This document shows, in pieces, positions 1 through 15,500 of a stretch of DNA of 64,000 bases; the stretch's first letter is position 1; the number at the start of each line of letters is the position of its first letter. Made by a program: the position numbers and the translations under genes. Under the pieces are notes generated by a model. That model saw nothing but the letters and a program-made list of their open reading frames with translations, searched no databases and was not told the origin of the DNA. Source of the DNA: Chrysomallon squamiferum. Lineage: Eukaryota > Animalia > Mollusca. The DNA lies in the NCBI GenBank assembly GCA_012295275.1, contig CM022670.1, forward strand, positions 31,434,001 to 31,498,000. Direction: 5' to 3'.

Positions 1-441
1 AATTTCAAATTAATATGTGAGATGTCAAAAACGCTTACCATCCTGATTATGTCCTGATTAAAATAACATTTCTAATGAACTAGCTTTTTAAAAATATTAG
101 TGCTTTATCTGTTATGTTGTTCCTTGCTGGTTTTTATATTTGTGTTTTAATAAAATTATTTCAAATTGATGTTAGAAAGTAAACTAAATACCTTTCTTCA
201 GAAATCAAGATGATTATGACAGTCCCAGTGGGAGATTTTGGATTATAAAAAGTAGGGGGCTGCCATATGCATGCTTGATTGGATATCAAAACTTTAAAAA
301 TAAAATTAAAGATACAAACATTGAACTTGAAATACAATAAGAATAGCATTAAGCTGTTCAAAAATAAATCAAACAGAATGTTTCTATGACAGAGAATGAT
401 GTCAGGTGTTTGAGTTCCCAGTTGATAACAAATGTACTCAC

Positions 442-579
442 CACTGCCATGTGTAGTGTGAATTCCACACCAATGCCGACAGCCATGATGAGGATAACTG
501 CAGGGACAGCACTGAGCTTGATACCAATCATCCCCATGAAGCCAAACAGCTCAACAAGGATCATGGCTAACATGACAAC
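442..579 (-). CDS. ptc: patched exon 23 ([46 protein letters not shown]; TM9-10)
   Basis: GIKLSAVP and VGIGVEFT motifs; |GTGAGT donor; remaining exons lie outside the window. Confidence 0.97.
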
Positions 580-3500
580 CTGAACAAAGACAAACAGCAT
601 ACATCTGAATGTCAGCCACTTTAAATATTCAGTGGTAAAATTGTTATGGTATATGAAAGAGTTAGCTTTAACTGAATATAGTAATAATAATAATAATAAA
701 TAACAATAATAATAGTGAAAATTATGATAATGATGTTAATAATAATAACAATAACAATGAAAATGACAGTAAATCTAAACAACAATAATAATCATCATGT
801 TAACAGCAACAACAATATTATGAGAAAGAAACAATATCACAACTTACAATGACAGCTGATATCCAGGGGTTCATCAGAACCACTGTGAGGACGATGAAGG
901 TGACAGCAAGGACACACAAGATGGCCAGCATCATGTAGAATCTCAGGTTTATGTACTGCTCCCAGAAAGTGAAAGGAACACCAGTAGGGTAGTTGGGCAA
1001 ACCACGCCCAGAGAAAGAGTCACAGATAGAACGAATTTCCTAAAAAGCAAAATACAAAATCAGAATTTTTAGTATAAAGTGTTAAAATGTATTGTTAAGC
1101 ATGAAACTACCATTAAAACAAATTAACATGAGACAATACTTAAAAGAAAATATGAAAATATCAGAATCTTCAACTGATTTTTTTCCAGGAATAACTGAAA
1201 TAAAAATAATATGATTTAAAAAAACAGAAAGTCTGAAACTTACCTTAATAATGCTGATGATATCTTCTGTGTTTGATAAGTTTGTCAGAAAGAAAGGAAG
1301 CTGGGTGTATATCAGTGGCTGTGATTTTGGGACTGAAAATAAAAATAATATTCAAATTCAAAACTTAAAAAAAAACCCAGCATATAAAATTGTTCATTTG
1401 TGACATATAATATATATATTATTTAATATTCATTTTTTTCTGTCAACATGGATACAGCTTTTAATATCAAAAAATGAATTAAAACAAAACAAAATATACT
1501 CCACTGTGACAACAGTGTAAATTTAAAAAAAAGTTCAATCCTAAAAGCAACTCACTGACAAAGTTAAGTTCATTTGGGTCATGCAGCCAGCTCTTGGGGA
1601 GGGGATGGAAATTGCCCACTGAGGCAGTATATGCCATGACATCATTTGATGTCCAGGCTGTGAGGTAGTTGTAGAAAGCAGGTGCATATATATTGCCTTG
1701 ATCATCGACTAGTCGTATATGAGTCACCTGAAAGTTAATTATAATTAATTAATTAAAATGGCATCTTGACCATAGTCACAGGTAATCTGAAAATATATTT
1801 TAAAGACATAATAAATAAATAAATATTTAAAATAAGAAAAAAAATTTAAATAAATAAATTTTTTAAAATATATAAATCACTATAAAATTTTGTTTTCTGG
1901 TTTTTATTTTTGTGTCTTTTCTTTTCTTTCTTTTTCGTTTTATGTTTTTCCTTTTCTTATTTTCCTTTTTTTTTATCCTTTTCTTTCTATCTTTTTTATT
2001 TCCTTAATTTCTTTTCCTTTTTATCCTGTTTTCTATTCCTTACCTGATCTTTATCATGTGGATTGTGGGCATTTCCTGTTTGCAGAAGCAATTTATATGC
2101 CAAGATGGCTTCATCAGTAGCATTTGGATACCAGCCATCAGCATGGAAATTCCCATACTGGTAATCCTTGTCAAAAGCTCTCTGTAAATCTGAACAAAAA
2201 ACCCCCCCAAAACCATTTATAAAAAAATTTACATATCTAAACCTTTAAGGGTAAAAACAAAAGAAAGATTTAAATATGTTAAACGTTACGAAAAAATCAA
2301 AATAAAATAAAGATTAAGAAAAGAAATGATATCCCTAACTGAGGCACAGAATTCCAGTTATGGAAGTGCCAAATCAGAATTAATACTGAAATTAAGATAT
2401 CATATATTTTATTATCTAAATTAACTTTTATTCAGAAGACTGAATTTATGGTGTATTGCATAAAATATATATAATTATTGCCTGGTTATTAATTTTAAAA
2501 TTAATTAAAATTAAAATTAACTGAAATAGAATTAAAATCAATTGAATATTGAATACATATTTTGTTTTAATTAATTAGTCAGAAAATAAATAAATTTTTG
2601 TACCCAAAAGCCACTGACGAAAAAGCTCCAACCAAAATGTTGGGAGTTCACCATTTTCTCCACGAATTATTTTCTTCACACGATCAAATGCTTTGTGGTA
2701 GTCATACAACAGTTTTTGGTTGTGTGGATAATCAAAATTTCCCTGTAATTCATAATAAAACAGCATTAAAAAACAATCTTCTTAAATTATGAAACTATAT
2801 CACTATTCTTAAGAGAGCAGATACAGAATAAAAGGTAGGTGCCATATTTTTCATTGATTTAACTTTCAAGATGGAATGAGTTTTATTAAAAACAAAATAA
2901 TCAAATAGTAAAAAATACAGAGGTATTTCAGTGCCCATTTTGTCCTCCTAGACATGTTTTCATTTAAGATGTCAAGCCTTGTAAGTTTTTAAACCTGCAT
3001 TCGTTCACAACACACAATGTGCTTGCACTTTTGCACATATACTAAAGCATACATATCTACAATTAAAGGTCCAGGAATCAATTTTAAAATAAATAAATAA
3101 ATAAATAAACATAACATGACACATAAAATAAATTAAATAAAAACTACAACAACAAGAACAGTAATAATAACATTATCAATTAACAAACATTGTGGAGTCC
3201 TATGGCCTACCTGAGTAACTGCAAAAATATTATAAAAACCAAAGTATTTTGATTGTGCTTCTAAGAATTTAAATTCTTTGGTATCCCGAGGAACAAGATC
3301 AGTGAGGTCAAGGCCATCTTTGACCTGAGCTGTCCCCCAGATCCCCATGATGAGGAAGATGAGAAAAAATACAATCACAAACACCTGAAATATAATAATA
3401 ATAATAATAACAACAACAACAACAGCAGCAGCAGCACCAGTTGTTTCTTTGTAACTGATTTCAGTTTGTGTCTGAAGAATTCAGAACAATTTTTAAAATT

Positions 3501-6500
3501 TTATATCTTTTTTGTTATTATTACTATTATTAATTTATTTTTTATTTTTTTTTTTTTTTGATGAGAATAAAATACTTCTAAGTAAATAAATATATTAAGT
3601 TTTTACCTAAAAGGTTAATTTTATTACAACTATTTCATCTTTCTAATAAACACTTTTCAAAAGACACATTTAAAAAAAAAATCAAAAATATTACTGACTG
3701 ACAAACTAATTTTCACAAATATTAATCAAATAATTTATTATCTGCTGTCATGTTCTGGAATGCATTATCATCATGAAAAAGTATTTGCTACATGACTAGT
3801 AATGATTTTCTGAAACTCTGTAGATTAAAAAAAATCTCACACAAAACTGAATGCAAACTAGAACTGTGGAATGCAGTACATCCACAGACAATTTCATGAC
3901 AGCAGTAAATGTCAACAGAGAAAATAAAAAGGGTGATGACAGTAAAAGTTCTGGCCTGGATTGTACTCAACAAAGGACTTGGATAAAGTGACAAAACAAA
4001 CAACAAGGGGAACTCGATCAGCCATATTATTACCTGTCTCAGGTGATACCTGTGGCTACACCTGTCTCGTTAAAGGTAACATACAGGTAGGTTGAATCAA
4101 GTGTGAGATGTTACAATGTGATTCTCTAGTTAGTTACTTCATGATGGTGGCTGAGATAATTCTCAAGAATTGTGAATTTGTTACACATGTACCTGTGTGT
4201 GTGTCTGTGCAAATGTGCGTGTTAGTTTTTTTATAAGCAAATAAATATATATTTTACAGTAATCTGAAGTTGAGTTTCTAGACCTGGTTGCTAAGTACCA
4301 CTTGAGTGACACATTGTTACAGTACTCTTTTCACTGACACTCTGAGTGTTCACAGATGAGTCTGCACATTTTTGAAGTTTTACATCTGACATGTCAGTAA
4401 AATTTTTACACAATAGCCACCCAAGAAAATGTAAACATAAACATTATCAAACAAAAGTATTGAGGTAAAATATACACAGAGACAAAAATACAATGTGATG
4501 CATATACAACATAAATTAAAACTCACACCTAAATGCAAGGTTATCTATATTTGCTTATCTATCTATCTATACACACACATTTAAGAGATTAATAACGCCA
4601 CACATATGCAACTATTTCCAAGATAAACACATATACAATTCTTCTCTCACTACGTTTTAATTTTACTGCATTTGAAGGAATTGCTCCAAAAGTTAAACTG
4701 TAACACCATCAGTCCTATACAGTAGAGGTTATTACTGTTTAGATTATCTCCTTTATGGCATTTTTTATATGCAGCATTCTCTATAATTATGAAAACATAT
4801 AGATGAATCTTTGACAAATATTTCAGAGAGCACTGGTCACTATGGAATATATTGATATGACAAAATGGTGCAGTTTGTTACATAGTAACACCAGAATTTG
4901 AAATACTTCATTTCTGAAAGGTGAAAAACAAAAAAACATCTGAAATTTCTCACCTTCATAGGAGTCCTCTGGATAGAAGGACCATAGACGTTTGTGGCAA
5001 AACAGGTGAGAGACCAGGTGAGACACTCTCTCTGAGCCTGGACACACCTGTCTTTACATGATCTCACTTCATCAGGTGTCAGACACTGCTGTGATGATGT
5101 TGTTGATGGACATACTGAAAAAAAGAAAGAATGAATGAATGAATGAAGAAAGGACAAATGAATGAAGAATAGAAGAAAGGAATGAATGTTAATGAACTGT
5201 AGTGTAAAAAACAAAAAACAAAAACTAAAGGATATATTATAAAAAAGAAAAAATATTTATTTATATCATAATACATAAAACAAATCAAAAGATGCATTAA
5301 AAATACTGACAACTAAATTAAAAAACAACTCCAAATGTTAAAATGTACAATAAATTTAACAACAAAAACAAAATACATAATCAAAATTCAAAATATACTA
5401 TAAACTTGACAGCTTAATAAAAAAATAATGTAATTAATATTATAAAAATACACAATAAAGTGGACAACTAAAAACAAATGAAAACAAAACCAAATATTAA
5501 AATAGACAATAAACTAAAACAAAAACAAAAAAAACAAAATTAAACAGTGCAATAAGCTTTATAGCCAAAAAAAACAACACACAAAACATAACTGACATTT
5601 TTAAACATTTAAAAAATATTTTAAAATTTTTTAAAATACCTGATGACAGTGAGACATTTCTTGTAACAAAAGCTCCATCATCTGGAGCTAGTATTGTCAC
5701 TGTATGGCCTCCACTGTTTGAAGACCTGGTTATTGTGTTATGCATCATAACAGAGTTATAACTGGGAGGGGGACTGTAGGTAGAAGGAGGACTAGATTCT
5801 CGCTGAATGGGATCAGGCTCCCGAGGCTGTGGCTGAAGTTCTATCACCTGAGTGGGACCAGGATTAAAAAGAAAACTGAAAAATGATAAAATAAAAAATT
5901 AACAGATAAAAAGAATTGTTTAGAAAATATATTATATAAACTATATACATATCAAATAGTTTAAATATTCTCAAAGGTGTCTAAGGTTACAAAAATGAAA
6001 ATTAATATTTAATAAGATAAAAGCAGAATTGTTTTTAATCCAATTTGAAATCATAACTGAAGCATTTATGAAGATGATTTCAAATAATCAATCAGTCACT
6101 TGATACAGAATAATCAGTGAGAAGTGAGGTTTACCTTTGGAAACAACACAACACATCTACTCTCTTGTCTTCCCTGCGAACCATGTCTAAACTGATAATT
6201 GCAGGAAATATCAGCAAAATGGAACCCATGTTGAATAGTACCAAAATTGCAGCCTGGAATTTGTAATAAAAACATGACAGAATTTATAACAATTTGATAT
6301 CTATTTTTTAATTCTAAATATCTCAAAGGAAATACAGAAAAAAACATGTTAAAAGTTAAAACAAAAAAATAACAATAATAAAATAATAATAAATATAATA
6401 ATAAAAAAGTGCTATCAGTAATAATAATAATAATTAATATAATAATAAAATAATAATAATAACAATAATAACAACAAATGGTAATAATAATAACAAAATA

Positions 6501-9500
6501 AAAATAATAAATAAATAAATACATAAATACACTGAAAACCAATAAGAAAAAACATTTAATCTAAGAAGCGTAGTTTAAAAAAAATGTATCCAACTGTGAA
6601 CCTCCATTCAGAGCCTGACATTAAAACTGTCTGGATAGAAATGGAGGTCTGTTACAGTTACAAAACCAGTAAAAATCTATGTGCTAATCATGAAATATTG
6701 AAAATGTCTGGTTAAATACAAAATCCATTTTATTTAAGTTAAAGCAATAAAAAAAAAAATTAGTTCAAATGTTAGTAAAAAATATAATGTTAGACATTTT
6801 GATAGAGATTGTTCAGTGCACTAAAAAACCCATCACATGTTGCATGCTGACAGGCAAAGTGATATGTTTGCAGATGGGAAGATTATGTGGAAATATCCAC
6901 TCAGGTGGGCTCCAAATGGAAATGACAAGAATTAAAGATTTTTTTTCCAAATAAAAAGAAAAAAGAAGAACAGAAGAACAATGAAAAAGTCCTCAAGCAT
7001 AGATTTATCTTACAAGATATCATTTTTTTTTATTCTAGTTATGGCAATATGGAGCAGATTCCAAATTTAACCAAATGAAATGAATCACTAATTTTTAAAT
7101 TTGTTTGTTCCAAAAACATGCACACATTCACAATGTTTAAGTTTTAATGAAAAAAAACAAAAAAATGTAGCAGTAAAGAGAAAATTTAAATTAAATGTTA
7201 CACAATAACCTGAACAGTAATCTGATAATAATTTGTTGCAATCCAGTTTTGTGTCTTCCAAAGTTTAGAATTTTAAATACATGACACTTTAATTTCTTTT
7301 CTTGTTTTTGTGGGGGGGGTCAAAGCATTATATATTTAAATATTTCACAAATTACTGAAATAAAGTTATTATTAATTATTAAATGAAATCATAAACTACT
7401 TAAATTATTAATGATTATCAGGCTAATTTTTAAAATATTTAATGTTGTAAAGAAGAACTTTGTATGTGACCAAACTTTGGATGATATTTTTGAAAAACTA
7501 TTACATTCTTGTATTATTACTCAGAAAACTCAGATAAACCAACTCTTTACTTTTCATATCAGTTACTTCTTTATAACTGATTTATCAAATTCCTTTATTA
7601 TATTGTTTTTATGTTTATGGAAAGGTTTGTATAAAGTATTTTTTACTGCTAATCAGTAATGGAAGCAAATTTTGTCTTTCACCAGTATATAAAATTAGAT
7701 ATGCTGACACCTAATACACAGTTATCAATAATAATTAAAAACAAAACAAACTATAATATATAAACTATTATCATGTAAATACTTACTTGAAGAGAGAAAG
7801 CTCTAAGGGCAGGGATTGGGATAATTGCAGCAGTAAAGAAAGCAAGCATGTTGCTGATTGATGTTAGCAGAACAGTCACCCCCGTCCTTTTTAGACACTC
7901 CCCTGCCTGATCCTGCGACAGGAGAAAAAACACATTTTATACAATCATTTTATTTTGATCATCACTTTATCACCATCAACATCATCATCATCACCATTTT
8001 ATTTTTTCACTTTCTATTACTGTGATCAAAAAATATACATAATACATTGTTATAGTTTCTAATGGTCCATTTGTGTCATTATTTTAAAATTATATTGTTT
8101 ATAAGTGATGAAGTTTAAACAGAATAAATTTCAGATTACTATAATAATGACATTAATTAGAGTAAACCTAATTAATGCAGATGTATGTATGTGTGTCTGG
8201 TGTGTAAGTGTGAATGTGTGTTTTATTTGGTGTAAGTATGTGTATATGGTGTGAGTAAGTATATCTATATATGGTGGCTAAGTGTATTTGCATATATATG
8301 TTTACATTTTTCATATATATTACAGATACATTACAAAACTAATCTTTTAAACTAAAAGAACAATACAAAGCAACAGCACCATTATTATATTGAAAACTTA
8401 AAAATGAAAATGAAAATAAACTGAAAATGTGACATAACACTAACACAAACACAGTAATTAAATACAGCAACTAAACAACATTACATCAATCTGTGGGACA
8501 ACTTACATCATCTTTGGAGAGACTTGAAAAATATTGCAAACCACAGTCAGCACATTTATAACATTTTTAAAATAAAAAGAAAAAAATGTTTTACAATATT
8601 ATTCATGTTTACAGAAATCAATACTTCTCTAAAACAGTAACAAATTCTAAATGTTTTGCTGTTAGTAAATGATTTAAAAAAAAAATGTCTACACATCAAA
8701 TGATGATGTAACAGAAAGATTAAGCCTACAATCTGAAGCAAATCAAAACATGAAAAACACTTTTAAAACACACTTCTCATTACTCTGTCTTCTTTTAAAT
8801 ACTAACATTAATGTAAAATTATTATGTTAATCTAGTGATATTTTTATATGTGGTTCAATATACACAGTTGATTTTAACTTATGGCAGTGGGTAGATTTTA
8901 TAACTATTTATTTATTTTTAATTTACATAACAAATAACAGAAATGAAGATATCAGTGTAAATAAAAAGAAACTCTATGCACTAACACGTAGGTAAGCACA
9001 ACGCCTATATCTGTCAGGTTATAAAGCTAACAAATTAATTCTTAAACAAGCATTCCATAAGTTGGTATCTTAACTCAAAAATGTTTTAAGCTCACATCTA
9101 TAAAGTTAAAAATGTACATTTTAAAACTTACACTCAATCACAATGGAAGAATTAAAATATTGTGCGTGGGTGATAAAGAAAGGGCATTAGAATGTGTGCA
9201 GCTAGCAGACGAAGACTGGAGGTTTTAAGAAGTTTTCTAAACAAGACCAGCATTTGAGTGTTATGATTTAGGCCACCAACAATGAAATGTCCACCAAGCA
9301 AGGCGAGCTGGTCTGTATCAACAGGAAGCCCAGTGAGGCAGCCTCTACAAACACAGGTGGCTAAGTATGTACAGACAACCTCTGTCCAAATTTGCAAAAT
9401 CATCCCCAATTTTTTTTTTTTTTTCTCCTGACTTAAGGTTTTAACAGATGCAGTCTGTGATTTTTTTTTTCAATTATTTGTCACAAAAATAAAAATGCAA

Positions 9501-9502
9501 GT

Positions 9503-9560
<58 letters not shown>

Positions 9561-12500
9561 TCACACACACTCATTCTCACACATGGAAACACATCAAAAG
9601 GGAATAATCAAAAGTGAAGTATTATGAATATTTTGTAAACTGAAACTGATACCACCAGTACCATAATTATCATTTATAGTCCATCTCTATTTACATTGAT
9701 TCAAAATGCACAAAAATCCATAAGAAATTCACAATGCCAACAAAATGAAAAACATATAGACTCAAAAAGCAAAACAAAAATTAAAAAGTAGAAAATCAGT
9801 GAGGAATTATGTAAGACTACAGAAATGAACTGAGTGATCTTTGAATGTCTCCTATCTTTTGTTTGTTAAATCTGTCATTTGAATGAACCAAAATCAACAA
9901 AACAAATCCTTTTAAAAAAGAAGAAGATTGAGGTGAAAAAGAGATTTTTGTAAGTGCATTCAATTTAACAAATTTTCCTTATCTCTTGTCTTGGTGGAAC
10001 TTTAAATATAAAGACAAGAGTTATCTTGTGAAGGCACTTGAAGGAAAACACTCCACCCTTTGTGCAATTTGTGTGGCCCTTGCACATTAGGAAACATGTT
10101 TGGAGGCTGTAATCATAGTCAAGACAAAACATATGAGAAGAAATTTGATCTTTACCCAGTCAAGTGCAAATCCTACTGTTAATTATTTAAAAAAAAAATG
10201 TATTAAAAAAAAAAAAAAAAAAAAAAAAAATTGAATCCCTATAAAAACATTAAAATAAAAATAAAATATATATTAAGTGCCATTTAATCATATAAAAAGA
10301 AATAAATGAAGATTGATATATACACATTAAACAACAGTGTTATGGTGAGTCAAAGTTTGTTGGATAATAATGTAAAACAGGACATGAAAGATCAGTTTAT
10401 AACTTTATTACCCAAACAACATTCTTAATGATAGGTGCCATTAAATTATATATATATATATATATATTTTTTTTTTAATCACATAACAAAAGATAAATAA
10501 ATAAATAAATACAAGATATTTCTCAACATTTGTCAAAACAAAAATAAGAAGAAGAAAAAAAGAATATGTTGAAATTTACATTTAAGTCTGCCATTTGACA
10601 CCAGAATTTTGAAAATTACTTTAAATAGAACATTCCCTTCTCTACTCTCACATTTGTTCTGTTCTCTCTCTCTCAACCATTCTCTACATAAAAACACACA
10701 CTCTTCCTTACACTATCTTGTTCACACTTTTCCTCTCAAAATCTCTCTTTCTCTCTCTTCCTCTCTTGTTCATTCATCTTTCCCTCTCTCTTTCTGTCCT
10801 AACCAAAAACAGCAAACTGTTTGCAGAAAGAATCCAGGCAGATGAAACCATTTAGAAGTTTTAAAACAAATGATAAAAAATAACTTGACATGTTATTGCA
10901 GCACCACTTAGTCCAGATCAGTTTATGTTGGGCAGTTTCCTCAAAGACAAGGTGAACAAATTAGTAACAGCTGAACACTCATTTATTTACAAATGTTTGT
11001 ATCCCTCTTTGGCCAAATGTAAACTCTTCTAAACATTCTTGCACACCCAAATGCACATGTTAGTGAGATGTATTACAGTTACACAATCATGAGAGCACCA
11101 AAGTTAAATGGTTTTTGAAAAGCCACCCAGTGAGTTTAAAAAAATATATATTAAAAAGATTTTGTTTTTGAGAACTCAGTTTTTACCTAGTAAGTTAGAA
11201 TAAAATAAATGTTTTGAAGAAATAAAAAAGCTATTAGATCTTTTTGAGTAATTAATTTTTGACATTATATGAATTTTTAAAAAACCCCGAACAACTCTAA
11301 CTTCTAGAGCACTGAATTTTTATCTCATTGAAGAAAACAACTTTTTTTTCTAAACTTATTAAAAACATATTTATTCTCCTTAAATGACAGCATATTTAAA
11401 AAGCATTTTTATAAAGCATATTTAAATTATGTTGACACATCTTTTTTAAAAAAGAAAGACAAAAAGAGCATGAACATTATAAAATACATAATTACAGATT
11501 TTAATTTCTTCAAGAACAATTCAAAATCTAACAAGATTTATTAATATATGCACACGCTCATGCATACATACACACACACACACATATACATATTAGAAAA
11601 AGAATTGAAAGACAATGGATATTAGTAATATAAAATATATAATATGATGTTATTTGTTATAAGAGAAAAATATTTCGACTTACTGTGACTGGGATTCTGT
11701 ACTGTGTGTTTTCTGCATGTGTGTGAGCAATGAGAAACATGTCATCAACACCCAAACCAAGGGCAAGAAATGGAATAATCTGAAATAAAATCAAAATTCA
11801 GTAATAATAACTTCTCTTTAGTTAAATAAAAAAAAAAAAATTAATACACATTTTAACCATAAAAGGGGCAGGTCCAAATTTTCAGACTAAGATGAAATGT
11901 ATCATCACTGGATAGGGTTAAATTTGAAAATGAAACCACTTTCTTTTTAAGAAAAACAAATGAAGAAAAAAGTCATGCCAGTGAGACTGCATAGATATAA
12001 AATATTAAAGTTTCTGAAGTTCTACCAACCTGTGTGGTGGAGGCATTGAAGGTTATTCCTAGAACTGAACAGATTCCAAGACCTGCAGCAACAGACAGTG
12101 ACACTAGCAACACACCAGCCATTCCAATTCCACTCTGAGAATTCACAGCATCATTCCACTTCAATAATGACACACAGGCATATACAAACTGAAAAATCAT
12201 GGTCATAATAGGCAAACCACAGTTTTCAATTTAATAAACAATGCACTTTTGTCATATATAGGCAAATATCACCTTATAACTGAAAAATAATGATCAGAGG
12301 TCATAAGATAGAATCACCTGTATAGGCAGACCTCAGATTTCAGTTTAAAAAACAATGACTCATAAAACAGAATCAGTATATAGGCAAATATGATATAACT
12401 AACTGGAAAACAGTCCCTGCCTTAATCTAGCATTCAGTGTACATACCATCAGCACATATCCCAAAGCCACTCTAACAACACTAACACTGGAAAAATCCCT

Positions 12501-15500
12501 CATAATGTCTAACAGTGATGTGTAGGAGAAAGCATATATGTTGTCACGGGAGCTGTCATTGGTGTACTTATTCAAAATCTGAAATACAATATAATAAAAT
12601 AAAAAAATAAAAATAATGTATTATTACATCTGAGAAATGTATTCTTACAAAATTTTGTTATAATTATTTCCAATAAGAATGCATAATACAAAAAGGAAAG
12701 AATTAATACTTTTTAAATTAAGGAAGAAGAATTTGATCAAAATTGATATCATTATTCAGAAAAAAATATTTTAATTTTATCTGTTTATGGAAAAGAATAT
12801 ATAAAATTCTTCTTTTTTGCAATAGGGATTAAACTTATCTGAAAATATTAAATAAGACTGATTTTCTACCTCAGAGAAGTTTCTTTGCCAGGCCTCCAAG
12901 ACCTGTTTGGCCATCTTGAGACTCCAGTCAACACTTGTCACCTTCATTGTGTCACTGTGGTACTCAAACAGGTCCTTCTCTCCCATCAGCTGAATTATTG
13001 ACTGGAATGCTTCAATTCTAAACAGAGAAAACAGTATTATTTAGTTCTTTTACTCTTGTTTCTGTGTCTGTATGAATACTCTGTCATCCATCAGATGATC
13101 AATCACTTCATCAATGAGTCAATCAGTCGTCAATCAATCAGACAGCTAATTTGGGGGCTAATCCAGCTTTTCTGATGAGGGGAGAACACATTAAAAAGGA
13201 TACCATAACACTGACAGAAATTAAAAAAAAACTAAATAAATTTGTAAAAAACCTAAATATCCTAAATAAAAGGAGCACTTCTCAAATTTGAGGGGGGCCT
13301 GGATGCCTTGGACCCCCCTCTAGATCTGCCACAGCTAATCAATCAGTCATTCAGACACAGTTAATCAATCAGTAAATCTATCTTGTCATTCAGTTAATTA
13401 TATCAATAGATCATTCATGTATAACAAAAGATGACATTATAATTAGGTTCTGTGGGTCAGTCAGTCAAGAGCTGACAATGAGTTCAGAAAACATGGGTAT
13501 AATAATAGAATATATAACTAAACACTAACTGATGGTGACAAAAAAATGATTATAAACATACCTGACAATATGGCCAGTCTTGTTCTTCTTAACGCCACCA
13601 AAAATTAGGTCTTCATTCCACTTCATGTATTTAGTGGCAAAGCCCGCACAACCATTGGTCATCTCTCCACCAAGATCTGGAATCTGAAAATAAAAAATAA
13701 AATCAACACACAAATATACCGTGCGAAAGATGTTTTAATAAAATATTAATATCATTTTACTCATTCTGGAATAGCATAGTCATGAATAAAAGAGATTTAA
13801 ACAGATTAATTATATTAATTTTTGCGGCAATTTACCCAAGCATTCATCCATTATACATAACATAATGCTTGCTTGTATATTTCTTTTTCTTATGTTACAT
13901 AAAAATTAATCAAAGAACCTGTCCCATACTGATAATTTTCATTGTTGCCCTTGCTTAATAAATCATTAATCCATTCATCAATTCATTCATCTACCCATCA
14001 ATCCATTCCTTCATCCATCTATCTTCTTCTTAAACTGTTTTTACTGAACTCTGAATCATTATGCACACATAAATAAGCAAGTGGATTAAATACTGTTAAT
14101 TTTCTTCCTGACATATAACTCTTCATTCGATGAATTTTTCTTAACAATAACAAGCAATAAACAGGACTTCATTGCTAATTTTATGTTTTCCAATTGTCAT
14201 ATAGTTATTTTAACAACTATTTTATTTTCCTAGTTCATTTTTTATTTTTTTTACTTCACACCAATACTGTTCACAATGTAAAAAGACATTCCAAATGACA
14301 ATATGAAACAAAATTTCTTATTTTCTGAACATGAAATGTATAAATAAGATTTTCAGTTCAATAAGCTGATTTTCCTGCATGTGAACAATAATAATGGAGG
14401 AAATGCATACTTATTGATATGCTCTCGAAAAGATCAATTGTGCGTAACCAATGACAACACTATGGGTGGTGTAGGTCAGAATTTAAAACTCCTGTATCAG
14501 TTGCACCAACACACCTTTCTGAATTTACAAACAACTTTTCTCTTTTTTATGCTTCATTTTTCTGATTACTGATGATAGGGAAAAAATGCTATGGGTGAAA
14601 TAAATCTTTTCACATTTTTTCAGTGAACGCCATGACCCCAGAAAATGAAAATTCCCTTTCAGCATCAAAAGGTCTTTTGTATACCATTAAACATACATCA
14701 AAAGACTAGGGGCTGCTTCTAGAGGATGATTTTTCATGGGTCATTTAATCAGATAAAACAAATCATAGGCAGAATGGTAAATTTCAAATTGTCTTGGAGA
14801 TAAAATGCAACAGATTCATAATACACCTATTACTCATGTGGGAGTATCACTGAGTTAACCTTTCACCACACATCATACAATATACTTCATGTTCTTTTAT
14901 GCCAGGAATGCTTTTCAAATGTTATTGTACAAACAGCAAAACATATGTAATATTACATCTAGATACATGGTTTGAAATGTATCAGTAATATGTCATCATA
15001 CATTTTTAATATGTAAATAAAATAGATTAATAATAATACTATATATATATATATATATATATAAGTGTGTGTATGTGTGTGTGTGTGTAAATAATATTTA
15101 AAAGGATAAAATCTAGTGAGGCTTATTTATTTTTTATTTTTTTTACTTGTTTATATAAAATATTTTCCCTGTAGGATAGTTAAATTATATACTTTTCAAC
15201 TGACTAATTCCCTGATCTACCTACATGCAGAAACAAAGAAAATTAACACAATACAGCTCACTGAATGGTGAGTTTTCAAAAATGTTATAAACTCATGAAA
15301 TTAAAATCAGAGATATCAGCTGAAATTAGACATGGATTACGAAATATTTCAGAAAATGGAAGGGAGACCATCAATGTATGGCTTTTACTGTATAAAGAAA
15401 TATCAATTGGCAAAAGGTATGGGTGCATTTAGGACAAATGCATATGTGTACATGTTGCTGAAAATTTCCACTGATATGTCTTAAGATATATCATCTCAAA

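Noticed and set aside
161-361. 66-aa minus-strand ORF with a donor-like AAG|GTATTT near 191, as the next ptc exon
   Set aside because: The translation does not resemble the expected Ptc TM11 exon (a GF-T-IG-R--R-type sequence); the real exon is probably beyond the window edge.
5847-5850. Alternative acceptor CAG|GTG at 5847 for ptc exon 15
   Set aside because: It is out of phase with exon 14 (phase 2); the acceptor at 5875 restores the frame.
6592-6660. Imperfect inverted repeat (ACCTCCATT...AATGGAGGT) as a pre-miRNA or MITE
   Set aside because: The stem is short and interrupted with a large loop; there is not enough support.
8470-9410. Strong donor-like GTAAGT sites (about 8506 and 9131) and an 85-aa ORF in ptc intron 12 as alternative exons
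   Set aside because: No Patched similarity, and an insertion would interrupt the sterol-sensing domain; exons 12 and 13 already join in frame.
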